From an uncultured bacterium (GTDB taxonomy: Bacteria > SAR324 > NAC60-12), in assembly GCA_965662845.1 (NCBI GenBank), contig CBFIJD010000004.1:33281-97280 (forward strand): a DNA stretch of 64,000 nt, given 5' to 3'. Below are positions 17,905 through 27,517 of the stretch, one piece after another. The notes under the pieces are model-generated. The model was given only the letters and a program-made list of their open reading frames with translations, ran no database searches and was not told the DNA's origin. A program made the translations under genes and the position numbers. Position 1 is the stretch's first letter, and each line of letters opens with the position of its first letter.

Positions 17905-19458
17905 TTAAGCCGCCGATTCGGCAGCGGTTTCAGACTGCAGCAACAGCAAGTTGAGCATTTTGAGCGTCGCGTTGACGGCGGCCATGACTTGGTCTCCATC
18001 GACGCCGATCGTTTGCATATTGCGCTCGCCCATTTTCCATGTGATCACCGCTTCGGTCAATGCGTCTGTTTGTCCGCTGCGGGGAATGCGCACTTCGTAG
18101 TCGACTAGCTCTGGGCACTGCACTTGGCGGCGCTTGAGCACTTTTTTCAAGGCGTTCATGAAGGCGTCGTAGCCGCCGTTGCCGGAGCCCGTCTCGGTGT
18201 ATTCTTTGCCTTCCCACTCCACGGCAATGGACGCGGTGGATTTGAGATGCAAGCCGCTGCTGACGCTGCAACCGACCAAGCGCAGGCTCTGCTGCACGTT
18301 GTTCTCCAGCACGTCGGTGACGATGAACGGCAAATCAGCCGGAGTAATGGTCTTCTTGGAGTCGCCAAGCGCGACAATGCGGTCGAGGACTTTGCGCAGG
18401 TTCTCGTCAGAGAGCTGTAAGCCGAGCTGTTCGAGGTTCTTCACGAGGGAGGCCTTCCCACTCATTTTGCCAAGGGCGTAGCTGCGCGTTCGACCGAAGC
18501 GTTCGGGCTTGATGGGGTTGTGGTAGAGCCCGCCTTTCTTGTCGCCGTCGGCGTGGATGCCGCTAGTTTGGGTGAAGACGTCGGTCCCGACGATCGGCGC
18601 GTTGGCGGCGAGGCGTTTGCCCGAGAAGGACTCAATCATCTCGCTGATGGGGACTAGGCTGCTCTCGTCGATGTTCAGCGTCGCTCCTGTTTTGTCGCGC
18701 AAGACAACGGCGATCTCTGCGAGGGAGGCGTTCCCAGCGCGTTCGCCGAGGCAGTTCATGGTGCAGTGCAGGTGGCGAATCCCGGCTTTCACCGCGTAGA
18801 GGCAGTTGGCGGTGCCCAGTCCGTAGTCATTGTGTGGGTGGAAGTCGAGCGTGGCCCACGAGAATCGCGTCAGCATGTCGGTCATGCTGTCAAAAACGTC
18901 GGCAGGCGAGAGCACCCCCAGCGTATCTGGCAGCATGATGTGCTCAATGCCCAGCGGCTCAAGCCCAGCCATCATCTCATAGACGTAGTCCGGGCTATCG
19001 CGGTAGCCGTTGGACCAGTCTTCCAAGTAAGCGTTGACGCGCAAGCCGCTTGCTTTGGCGTATGCGACGGTCTGTTCGACGTCGGCCAGATGTTCTGGGA
19101 GCGTTTTACCGAGCTGGTTCCAGCAATGATTTTTGCTACCTTTGGTCAACAAATTCAGGACTTTGCCTCCCGCTCTCACAATCCAGTCCACGCTGCGTTT
19201 GTGGTCACAAAACCCGAGCACTTCGACTTGCTCTAGAAATCCGTGCTCGAACGCCCAATCCGTCACATTGCGCACCGCTTCTTGTTCCCCTGCTGAGATC
19301 CGCGCAGAAGCGATCTCGATGCGGTCGACTCGTACGCGCTGCAGGAGCGCCTTCGCGATGTTCACTTTTTCAGACGGAGTAAAGGAGACGCCTTGGGTTT
19401 GTTCGCCGTCACGCAGCGTGGTGTCCATCAGGCAGATGTGTGCGCCAGCTAAGTTCAT
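17905..19458 (-). CDS. cimA: (R)-citramalate synthase (Leptospira/Bacteroidetes-type LeuA/CimA family)
   Basis: DTTLRDGEQT, IEIASARIS, NLLTKGS, YLEDWSNG, HPHND, GERAGN, GIHADG and a C-terminal LeuA dimer domain. Confidence 0.8.
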   Translation of the reverse strand: MNLAGAHICLMDTTLRDGEQTQGVSFTPSEKVNIAKALLQRVRVDRIEIASARISAGEQEAVRNVTDWAFEHGFLEQVEVLGFCDHKRSVDWIVRAGGKVLNLLTKGSKNHCWNQLGKTLPEHLADVEQTVAYAKASGLRVNAYLEDWSNGYRDSPDYVYEMMAGLEPLGIEHIMLPDTLGVLSPADVFDSMTDMLTRFSWATLDFHPHNDYGLGTANCLYAVKAGIRHLHCTMNCLGERAGNASLAEIAVVLRDKTGATLNIDESSLVPISEMIESFSGKRLAANAPIVGTDVFTQTSGIHADGDKKGGLYHNPIKPERFGRTRSYALGKMSGKASLVKNLEQLGLQLSDENLRKVLDRIVALGDSKKTITPADLPFIVTDVLENNVQQSLRLVGCSVSSGLHLKSTASIAVEWEGKEYTETGSGNGGYDAFMNALKKVLKRRQVQCPELVDYEVRIPRSGQTDALTEAVITWKMGERNMQTIGVDGDQVMAAVNATLKMLNLLLLQSETAAESAA

Positions 19459-19531
19459 GGGGAGGCCATCAGCAACGGGTGAAAAAAGGAAGCGAATGTA
19501 GCAAAGGTCTGACGGCCTTGCAATGCAGGAC

Positions 19532-20521
19532 TTACTCAGCGGGGTATAAGAGCAATTCTTGCCCCATATCGAGGAAGATGAGCTCCTGTTGGTGCGTTTG
19601 CGTCGCTTGCTCTAAAAATGCGACGGACTGACTGAATTGGTCCGCAAATTCGGGGAACGGGCGCAAAGGCTTGTGTATTGAGCGCATGAAGTTGTCCCAG
19701 TGGACTGGGATGAGGCGACTTGCTCCGACCGCCAGAGCCGTCTCGCGGAAGTAAGCTTGTTGGTTCTCGGGGGTTTGTTTGCCCAGCCCCGCAATGCCGA
19801 GGAAGATGACATCAGCGGGCTTGTCCGTCAGCAAGTCCTCCACATAGCCTGAGCTACCATGCACAATCACATTTCCCAAGGGATGCTCGACATAGACCAC
19901 ATAGGTGCCGCCTTCTTTATAGGCGTTCAGTGGGGCCGGAGTGCGCAGCGGCTCGGTAATCTCTTGCCCGATGCCCAGATCTTCCGACATCCGCTCTGGC
20001 ATCGGTGTGTGCTTAGAGCGCAAAAACGTGACACGAAATTTCCCAAATTGCAGGGTGTCGCCGTCCTCAATGATCGTGATTTGTTCTTCTGGAAGATTTT
20101 GCCCCCGTCCAATGAAGGCGGTGGAAGTCGAGCCGACCAGCTGTGCCCCTGTTTGACGGGCCACTTCGGGGGCGTCCATCGCGTGGTCGTGATGGGAGTG
20201 TTGGGCAATCACCGCGGCCAGTCGACTGGCATCGACCAGCGACAGTCCATAGGCAATGTCTGCGGGCTTTGGCGCCAGCTCGCCTAGCATCATCTCGTCG
20301 AGCCCAGGGCGACTAAAGAAGCCATCTGTCAAAATGGCGGTTTCGCCGTCATCCAGCAACACGTTGGTGTTGCCTAAAAAGAACGCATGCAGCCCTTGTG
20401 TCTCGTGACGCGCGGCCTCCGCAGGAGCGAAGTATGGACGAACGCCTTGCAGCCCCTCCGGGTTCTCCCAGAAAGAACAAGAAGCTAACAAGGCCAAGAG
20501 GCTCAGCACGAAGAGTTTCAT
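19532..20521 (-). CDS. MBL-fold metallo-hydrolase, probable lipoprotein
   Basis: Lipobox-like LLASC, HSHHDH, IPVHWD. Confidence 0.85.
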   Translation of the reverse strand: MKLFVLSLLALLASCSFWENPEGLQGVRPYFAPAEAARHETQGLHAFFLGNTNVLLDDGETAILTDGFFSRPGLDEMMLGELAPKPADIAYGLSLVDASRLAAVIAQHSHHDHAMDAPEVARQTGAQLVGSTSTAFIGRGQNLPEEQITIIEDGDTLQFGKFRVTFLRSKHTPMPERMSEDLGIGQEITEPLRTPAPLNAYKEGGTYVVYVEHPLGNVIVHGSSGYVEDLLTDKPADVIFLGIAGLGKQTPENQQAYFRETALAVGASRLIPVHWDNFMRSIHKPLRPFPEFADQFSQSVAFLEQATQTHQQELIFLDMGQELLLYPAE

Positions 20522-20775
20522 TTGTGATCTCCGGTGGAAGTTTGAGATGCAGATCGGGTTTGCTTTTCATGATGACCAACCTCCCTCAAAATTCTATCCG
20601 TCAACGCACGGAGTGCCGCTCCGTTTTGCCGATTTGCCCACCTCTCAGCATCGCCGCATACGCTCCCGCCCACAAATTGAGTCCATCGCGGAAAAACATT
20701 TGCAACTGAACCAGAGAAAACGTACTTTCCTGCCGATCTTTGTCTTTTACTCCCTAAGAAGCTGCGAGGAATCTT

Positions 20776-20883
20776 ATGCACGAATTCAATATCTTAGTCA
20801 CCTTCGGAGCCGTCTCCGCCGTATATCTCATCATTTTTTTTGCCGCCGAGTTCATGTTCATGAAGGAGCCCGAAGAAAAGTAA
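20776..20883 (+). CDS. Small single-pass membrane protein (35 aa; not in ORF track)
   Basis: GAGGA RBS; MHEFNILVTFGAVSAVYLIIFFAAEFMFMKEPEEK*. Confidence 0.6.
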   Translation: MHEFNILVTFGAVSAVYLIIFFAAEFMFMKEPEEK

Positions 20884-20898
20884 TTGTCTTCTCGGCAG

Positions 20899-21521
20899 GT
20901 GTGCTTCTCAGCGCCTGCCAAACCGCCGCCCCCCCGACTTCGCCTACAGATTCCATGCCTCCCACCGCCTACGTCTACACTGGCAGGTTGCTCCTTCAAT
21001 CCAGCCAAGTCTCCCAGACAGGAGACACCGAGCTGTATTTGCAAGAGGGTGGCTTGCGGCTTGTCATTCTTGCGCCCTTGCTCGGAACTCGGCTCTTGGA
21101 AATCCGCGCCAATGAACAGCAAGTGCTCATCCTCGACTATCAAAAACAACGCTTTGAACAAAAACCCAACACCGCAGAATTGCGCGAAGAGTGGCTCGGG
21201 GTCGATTTGTCGCCGCAAGAGCTTCGACTTTTGTTGACAACCCCCAACGCCTTGCTCCAGGAGTCCGAGCGCTGGCAGCTTCCCCAAAGCGCGACCACGG
21301 AGATGGTGCTCCAACGGCAAGACGCCACAGGGGCGGTTCGTTTGACGATACAGGTTCGTAGTTGGCAGGAAGACGCAAACGGGAGGTATCCCTACAGATT
21401 GGAGGTGCAGGATGAGCAGAGCGGGAACCGTCTCGTTCTGGTGGTTCGAGAGCGCGCTCCTCTGCCGACGATCCGGCTGGACTTCACACCGCCAGAGGCG
21501 TTTCCTCCGGCTTCGTCATGA
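20899..21521 (+). CDS. LolB/DUF4292-like outer-membrane lipoprotein (start uncertain)
   Basis: Lipobox LSAC, 'LRLVILAPLLGTRLLEI', 'WLGVDL' and 'YPYRLEV' resemble the LolB fold. The only canonical in-frame start near the lipobox is GTG 20899. Confidence 0.55.
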
Positions 21522-22673
21522 TGGAGTTCGCGGAGAGCGCAGCACCTGACGCTGCTCTAGGTAGGCCACATAGTCCGCCGCCGCGCGCGCGTAAGCGCCG
21601 GGTTCCCCAAGCATTTGCCTCACCTGCTCTAGGTCATCTTGGGTTCGTGAGTAAACAGCGGGGTCGGTCAACAGCGTGCTCAAGTGAGCGGCGAGGTTGG
21701 ACGGCGTCAGGTCATTTTGGAGCAACTCAGGGATGATCTCTCGCTTGGCAAGGATGTTGACGATGCCCAAGTGCTCGACCTCCGCCATTTGTTGAGCGAG
21801 CCAAAAACTCACCGGAGCCACCTTGTAAATCAACACGAACGGCACTCCCGCCAGCCCCGTTTGCAGAGTCGCAGTCCCTGACGCGACCGCAGCGACGGTC
21901 GCCACGTGCACACACAGCTCAAAATTGCCTTCGACCACTTGCACCGGAAATCCTTGTGCCTGTTGACGCGCCTCCTCAAGCTTGAGTCCATGGGCAATGG
22001 GCAACAAAAAGTGCAGGTCTGGGAGCTGCTGATTCAGGAGGGCTGCGGCTTCTAGCAAAACGGGCAGGTGGCGCTCCAGCTCGCTGGGGCGACTCCCTGG
22101 GCCCAAGGCCACAACTCGCTTCTCTCGCGCGATCCCCAACGCATCACGAAACGCCAGCACGTCCGACGGATCGGGGAGCGTCTCTAGCAGAGGATGTCCC
22201 CAAAACTTCGCATCTACCGGGGTGGAAGCATACAGCTCTTCTTCAAAGGGGAACTGCACAATCAGTTTGTCGACAATCGCAGCGATCTTGTGAATGCGGC
22301 CTTTGCGCCACGCCCAGACCTGCGGGCTATTGAAGAACAAGACTGGAATGCCACGAGATTTCGCATACGCCGCGAGTTTCAGGTTGAAGCCCGGATAGTC
22401 GACCAGTAACACCGCGTCTGGTTTTTCTTCATCTAAAGAATCCCGCAGGTTCCAAAGTATGCGATACAGTCGGGGTAAGTGACGCAGCACTTCGACGAGG
22501 CCATGGACTTGTAGCGCGTCCAGCATGTGATACGGGCGCAGGCCTTGCTGCAGCATAAGGTGACCGCCAATGCCATACGTCTCGAGGTTCGGCACCTGTC
22601 GTTGCAGGTGATGGAGCAACGCAGCCCCATGCCGATCGCCAGACGCTTCTCCAGCCACGACGAGCAGTTTCAT
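21516..22673 (-). CDS. lpxB: Lipid-A-disaccharide synthase
   Basis: VAGEASGD, VDYPGFN, SPQVWAWR, GHPL, PGSR, SGTATL. Confidence 0.95.
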   Translation of the reverse strand: MKLLVVAGEASGDRHGAALLHHLQRQVPNLETYGIGGHLMLQQGLRPYHMLDALQVHGLVEVLRHLPRLYRILWNLRDSLDEEKPDAVLLVDYPGFNLKLAAYAKSRGIPVLFFNSPQVWAWRKGRIHKIAAIVDKLIVQFPFEEELYASTPVDAKFWGHPLLETLPDPSDVLAFRDALGIAREKRVVALGPGSRPSELERHLPVLLEAAALLNQQLPDLHFLLPIAHGLKLEEARQQAQGFPVQVVEGNFELCVHVATVAAVASGTATLQTGLAGVPFVLIYKVAPVSFWLAQQMAEVEHLGIVNILAKREIIPELLQNDLTPSNLAAHLSTLLTDPAVYSRTQDDLEQVRQMLGEPGAYARAAADYVAYLEQRQVLRSPRTPS

Positions 22674-22680
22674 AGTTGGC

Positions 22681-23109
22681 TCATAAGTCTCTCTCGTTGA
22701 AGGCTAACCCTACCTGCGCAAAGCCTTCGTTCTTCAGCAGCAGCATCAAGCGGATGAGGAATCCGTGCGCGACTCGCTTGTCCATTTGCAGATACACCGG
22801 TCTGTTGCGCGACAACCCTTCCTCTTCGCGCAAAAAGGCTTCAAAGTCGGCCATGGAATATGTCTGCTCTGCGAAAAAGATGTTCTCTTCCGCATCAATC
22901 GCAACGACGAGGTTGCCTTGACGATTTTCTGGGGTTGCCTGTTTCAATTGGCCTTGAGGCAATTCAATGGGCAACGATTGGGTGATGAGCGGCGCAGAGA
23001 TCATGAAGGCGATGAGGACCACGAGCAGGATGTCGACGAATGGCGTGACATTGATGTCAGAGAGCGGTTCGCTGCGCTGCGAACGCAGGCGTCTAAGCGT
23101 TCTTTTCAT
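22681..23109 (-). CDS. tolR: TolR/ExbD family protein
   Basis: SDINVTPFVDILLVVLIAFMISAP. Confidence 0.85.
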   Translation of the reverse strand: MKRTLRRLRSQRSEPLSDINVTPFVDILLVVLIAFMISAPLITQSLPIELPQGQLKQATPENRQGNLVVAIDAEENIFFAEQTYSMADFEAFLREEEGLSRNRPVYLQMDKRVAHGFLIRLMLLLKNEGFAQVGLAFNERDL

Positions 23110-23785
23110 GTGAGGCTAGCAACTGGAACTGCAACCGTTTGAGAAATTGCAGGGCAAGCCCTTCCATTTCTTCAGAGTTCGCACGACTCAAAGCCCGGAA
23201 CACGTTGTATCCCAGCGCAGCAGGAATCGCGGCGAACAAGCCGGCTCCTGTGGCGACAAGGGCTTCCGAGATGCCGGGCCCAACCACGGTCAATTCCACA
23301 GACTGAAGGTTCGCGATGCTTTGGAAGGTGTTGATGATGCCAATCACGGTCCCAAACAAGCCGATGAATGGGGCCGTCACAGAGATCGTGGCCAACGTCG
23401 TTTGCCCCGCTTGCAGCTTGCGCTCTTCTTGGAGGATGCCGGCCTCAAACGCGCGCTCCAGCAGCTCCAGCAGCTCTTGTCGGTGTTCGGAGGGGTTGTC
23501 GCGATACAGTTTCAAATATTGTTCAATTTCTTGATCCCCAATTACCATCAGCCGCTGTAGCGGGCCTTCTGGCAGCTCCTCTAGCTTGCTGCGAAAACGC
23601 CCCAGAGTCGGTTCGTTGTGGAAGAACTCGCGCAGGGTCGCGTTCGCCGAACGAAAGTTGCGAAAGCGTACCCATTGGCGCAGCAGGATCGCCCAAACGG
23701 CGAGGGAGCATCCAAGCAAAACCAGCAGCACAAGGACCGCGAACGGCCCCGATTGCAAAACTGATGAAAATAAGGAATTGACCAT
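23093..23785 (-). CDS. tolQ: TolQ/ExbB (MotA family) proton channel protein
   Basis: LATISVTAPFIGLFGTVIGII, PGISEALVATGAGLFAAIPA; start ATG 23785. Confidence 0.88.
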   Translation of the reverse strand: MVNSLFSSVLQSGPFAVLVLLVLLGCSLAVWAILLRQWVRFRNFRSANATLREFFHNEPTLGRFRSKLEELPEGPLQRLMVIGDQEIEQYLKLYRDNPSEHRQELLELLERAFEAGILQEERKLQAGQTTLATISVTAPFIGLFGTVIGIINTFQSIANLQSVELTVVGPGISEALVATGAGLFAAIPAALGYNVFRALSRANSEEMEGLALQFLKRLQFQLLASHEKNA

Positions 23786-23796
23786 TGGGAAGGGAA

Positions 23797-24618
23797 TCAG
23801 GGGCGCAAGAGGAAGGTGAACATTACGCGACGATTTTCGCTCCAAGCGCGCTCAGACGACTGGGGGACCGCGGGATACTCTTCGCCAAAGCTGACCGTCT
23901 GTAAGGTGGTTGGATCGGTGACATACACTTTGAGGAGGTCGCGCACTGCGTTGGCTCGGTGGTGCCCTAGCACCAAATTGTATTCTTCGTTGCCTCGCTC
24001 GTCGGCGTGCCCTTCAATTTGCAAGATCATGTCGCCACGGCGCTCTAGCTCGCGCAACACCGACCGAGCCGACTGAATCAGCTGTTCTTGATACTGTGAG
24101 CGAACTTCACTCTTATCGAACTCGAAGTACACGCGCGGCAAGAGCAAGTCGGCGCGCTCGTCTCGAATGGGCGGGATCCCCAAGCGCTGATATTCTTGGA
24201 GTTGTTCATAAATCGCGGCGATCAACTCGCGCTGCTCCTCTTCGTTCATTGTTGAGAACGAGTTCAAGTCTGGCCCTGCGCTGCGGTTCAGGAACTGTGG
24301 TAGCAAAGCCGCCGTCTCGGGCTCACGAACCGTCTCTTCCTCCTCAACACGCTCGCGCTGCTTCGCTTCCAGTTGACGCATCAGGTTCTCCCGCTCTAGT
24401 TGGCGGCGACGATATTCTTCGTCCACGTCAGGTTCCGTGTCTTCGCTTGCGCTAGCGGTTTGCAGTTCACGGGGTGTGCTGGGCACCGAGGGTTCTGTCT
24501 CCGCGGCAGTCTCTGTGCTCTCTTCCGGAGGTTGAGGAGGGAAAAAGTAGTCGGTACATCCTCCAAGCAAAACAAGACTGCTACCAAGTAGAAGGGGCCA
24601 GATTCGATGCATTTGCAA
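23797..24618 (-). CDS. pal: Pal/OmpA-family peptidoglycan-binding lipoprotein with long charged N-terminal extension
   Basis: Lipobox LGGC; VYFEFDKS, IEGHADERG..EYNL.LG..RA, SFGEE.P, ENRR. Confidence 0.8.
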   Translation of the reverse strand: MQMHRIWPLLLGSSLVLLGGCTDYFFPPQPPEESTETAAETEPSVPSTPRELQTASASEDTEPDVDEEYRRRQLERENLMRQLEAKQRERVEEEETVREPETAALLPQFLNRSAGPDLNSFSTMNEEEQRELIAAIYEQLQEYQRLGIPPIRDERADLLLPRVYFEFDKSEVRSQYQEQLIQSARSVLRELERRGDMILQIEGHADERGNEEYNLVLGHHRANAVRDLLKVYVTDPTTLQTVSFGEEYPAVPQSSERAWSENRRVMFTFLLRP

Positions 24619-24974
24619 AACAGTTTTTGAGGTTGGGCGGATGGCCTAAACGATTCCAATCAACTTGGCCGGTTCGACAATATTTATGTTTGAGAAGTTC
24701 ATGCACGTCTTGCACCTAGCGTCCCAAACGAGCTTGAGCGTCCATAGCCATAACGACTTTGTGACAAAGATGCGAGGAAGAATTTCTGACATCCACCTGA
24801 AAATTAGCTATTAAATTTACGAAAAACTACGCATACTCCGCGACTTACTGCGAAGCGCTTCTTGCGTAAGGTGCTTAGGAACCAGAGAATCCGAAGCCGC
24901 TGAGAAGCACTTTCACAGGATTTGCAAACCTTGTCGTTCATCCCCTATTTCCTCAATTCAGGCAGAAGAAAGTT

Positions 24975-26306
24975 ATGCTCACGGACGAAGAACGTAATCA
25001 ACTTCGGGAACTACCTGAGGTTAAAGAACCCCTGCGCATCTTTGAGTTGTTACGCTTAGATATTGAGAAGCTGCGCGTGCAGTTACGAGCGCACGAGAAG
25101 GCGACGCCGACTTCAAAAATGTTGCGACAAGTGGGCCGCCGCTCTTCGGCCAATATTGATCCCAATCGGCACAAAATCTTAGAGATCTCTGGCGCGCGCT
25201 TGGCGGCGAATTGTTCTGTGCAAAATGCCAAGCGGCTCTCCGACTCGCTTGCTGGCGATCCCACCAATTCCAGAGCGCGTGTGGAGCTGGTGGACGAGTT
25301 CCTGCGCAAAGGCACTGATGAGACCCTCCTCTCGCACCGAGATGCGTTTATACTGATCATGCTAGAGGTTGAGGCAAAGCAGGTTAACACCGAGAAGCTG
25401 CAAGTCGCGATGCGGGCGCAGAAAGCCTATTTTGGCAAGCTGGAAGAATTTCTGGACGAGGAATTTCAGATCCAATCTCACAGCGAAGAGTCGGGGGCTG
25501 CCGCAAATCTTGCCCAACTGACGCGCAACCTGCGGTTCATCAAGGAAATGAGCAAAACGCTCCCTTACCAAACGTTCAGCTCCAAAGAGGGCGTAGAGAT
25601 GAACCCCGATTCTTTGATGAAGATGGGGCGAGGAGAAATTGAAAAGGTGTTATCTCCGATCTTGGATGGCATGTCCGCGCTGCCTCTTGCCAAAACGAAT
25701 CGCGACCTGCTGCTCGAAGTTTTAGAAAAGACGGCGAAAATTTCTCCCTTAGCCGGCTATCACAAAAGCCGCATTTTTCGACGCAATGCCCAGATCAAAC
25801 TCATCGCAGCCATGTCCGGTGACAAAGATATGGCTCGCCCCGCCATGGAAGACCTGTCAAACGCCCTCAAATCGATCTCCCAGGCGCTCCCCATGATGAA
25901 AAAGGCCACCCGCAAAGATCTTGGGTCCTGCATCAAAGAATATGCTTTGATCTGCTTGATGGTCTATCAATACGTCCCTCGGCTTGGGGGAACGATCAAT
26001 GCCGACCATGTCAAACGCATGGAGCACGCATCGAAGTTATTGAACAGAATCATTGAAGAGCGAGGGATTTTAGGGCTGCAACGCCGGCTGGATTCGGGCA
26101 TCAACTACATGCGCACCGAGAAGAAGGCGCCGGTCGACAGAGGCCGGAAAACAAAAGCAGAGCGCGAGGAAGAAAAAGATCAGCCAACGCTATTCCGTGG
26201 CGGCGTCCCCAAAGACAAGATGATCAACTCAGATGAAGAGGTCGATCTCAGCAAAGAGTCGACGATTTTCCGAGGAGAGCTGCCAGAAGATGGGGAGTTG
26301 GGTTAA
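24975..26306 (+). CDS. Hypothetical protein (443 aa, helical, charged C-terminal tail)
   Basis: Long ORF with coding-like composition; no motif recognised. Confidence 0.75.
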   Translation: MLTDEERNQLRELPEVKEPLRIFELLRLDIEKLRVQLRAHEKATPTSKMLRQVGRRSSANIDPNRHKILEISGARLAANCSVQNAKRLSDSLAGDPTNSRARVELVDEFLRKGTDETLLSHRDAFILIMLEVEAKQVNTEKLQVAMRAQKAYFGKLEEFLDEEFQIQSHSEESGAAANLAQLTRNLRFIKEMSKTLPYQTFSSKEGVEMNPDSLMKMGRGEIEKVLSPILDGMSALPLAKTNRDLLLEVLEKTAKISPLAGYHKSRIFRRNAQIKLIAAMSGDKDMARPAMEDLSNALKSISQALPMMKKATRKDLGSCIKEYALICLMVYQYVPRLGGTINADHVKRMEHASKLLNRIIEERGILGLQRRLDSGINYMRTEKKAPVDRGRKTKAEREEEKDQPTLFRGGVPKDKMINSDEEVDLSKESTIFRGELPEDGELG

Positions 26307-26386
26307 GGGGCTGAGTTGTTCAGAGGCAGGCGGAGGGCGACGGAGCCAAGAGAATGGCTCCTTGTCTCAACTGTGCGACAGCGGGT

Positions 26387-26767
26387 TCATGGGAAAATTT
26401 TTGCCATCTTCTCGCTGAGGGTCTTCGCGTCGAAGGGCTTCACGACATAATTGTTCACGCCTGCTTTAGCGGCCGCGACAATATTTTCTTGAAGAGCTTC
26501 GGCGGTCACCATCAGCACAGGCAAATGCTTCAGGTCGGGATCCGCGCGGATGGTCTTCAGTAACTCTAGCCCTGTCATCTTCGGCATGTTCCAGTCTGTA
26601 ATTACAAAGTCCACTTGTTCTGACTTCAACTTCTCAAGGGCGGTGGTTCCGTCGTCCGCTTCAATAGTGTTGGTGAATCCCAACTGACGCAGGATGTTCT
26701 TTACGATGCGGCGCATGGTCGAGAAATCGTCGACGACCAAAATGGACATATTCGGATCTGCGGGCAT
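26387..26767 (-). CDS. cheY: Chemotaxis response regulator CheY
   Basis: [38 protein letters not shown]. Confidence 0.95.
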   Translation of the reverse strand: MPADPNMSILVVDDFSTMRRIVKNILRQLGFTNTIEADDGTTALEKLKSEQVDFVITDWNMPKMTGLELLKTIRADPDLKHLPVLMVTAEALQENIVAAAKAGVNNYVVKPFDAKTLSEKMAKIFP

Positions 26768-26895
26768 AGCGGGATTCCTCTTTCTAGTGGGGTTATGAGT
26801 TGGTCAGAGTTGCCAAATAATGGGCGATAGGGTTAGCGAAAGGCTTCCTGCTTTGCAAGCCGAATTTCCCGCCGCTGAAAGCGTGAATTGCACTC

Positions 26896-27207
26896 TTAGC
26901 GTAGCATTGGAGACGATGTTCCTGTTCGTATGCCGCCCTCAAAAATCCGCTGTTTAGGGCGCTCCAGCGATTCCTGATGCATTCTGTATCTTGGCACTTC
27001 TGGGTCTTCTGGGTTTTGCGCTGCTCGATTCAGGGCCGCATAGTCCAGATTGGGCATCGCAGGCGGTGGAAGCTGGCTCGCTTGCAGGGCTAAGCTACGA
27101 GCGATTCGCCCCACATCCACAGATTGTCTCGCTTCGGGGGCTTGTTGCGCAAAGCTCGTTGCTGGCAATAAAACAACACAAACGCAGAACCATAGATTGC
27201 GCCACAT
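26896..27207 (-). CDS. Hypothetical secreted protein
   Basis: Signal peptide ending ...PATSFA/QQ; GAGG RBS. Confidence 0.6.
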   Translation of the reverse strand: MWRNLWFCVCVVLLPATSFAQQAPEARQSVDVGRIARSLALQASQLPPPAMPNLDYAALNRAAQNPEDPEVPRYRMHQESLERPKQRIFEGGIRTGTSSPMLR

Positions 27208-27252
27208 ACTTGTACCTCTAATTCAGGTGGTAAATGTCGCATCCGTGCGTTT

Positions 27253-27492
27253 TCAATACTCCATGTCACGTTTCATCCTTACTCGCGGGTTAGGCGGAGT
27301 CCGCGGGGGCAGCTGCCGATCACACAGAGCGTGGTCATTATAGTTGACCACCCTTCGCAGAGGAGGCCCGTCGGCCTCATAAATGCAGCTGTCACCTTGC
27401 CCCTGCCATTGCAGAGAGCTACATGCCCCCACCAGCACACACCCTGCGAGGACGGCTGTCAACCACGTTGACCTTCGCCGTTGTATTTTCAT
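27253..27492 (-). CDS. Hypothetical small lipoprotein
   Basis: MKIQRRRSTWLTAVLAGCVLVGAC signal/lipobox. Confidence 0.55.
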   Translation of the reverse strand: MKIQRRRSTWLTAVLAGCVLVGACSSLQWQGQGDSCIYEADGPPLRRVVNYNDHALCDRQLPPRTPPNPRVRMKRDMEY

Positions 27493-27517
27493 TTCAGCAC
27501 CATTTTGGAAACTAGTC

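Noticed and set aside
20547..20880. Long N-terminal extension of the LolB-like ORF given by the ORF track
   Set aside because: The sequence looks non-coding and overlaps a better-supported small ORF; the lipobox places the mature start near 20914.
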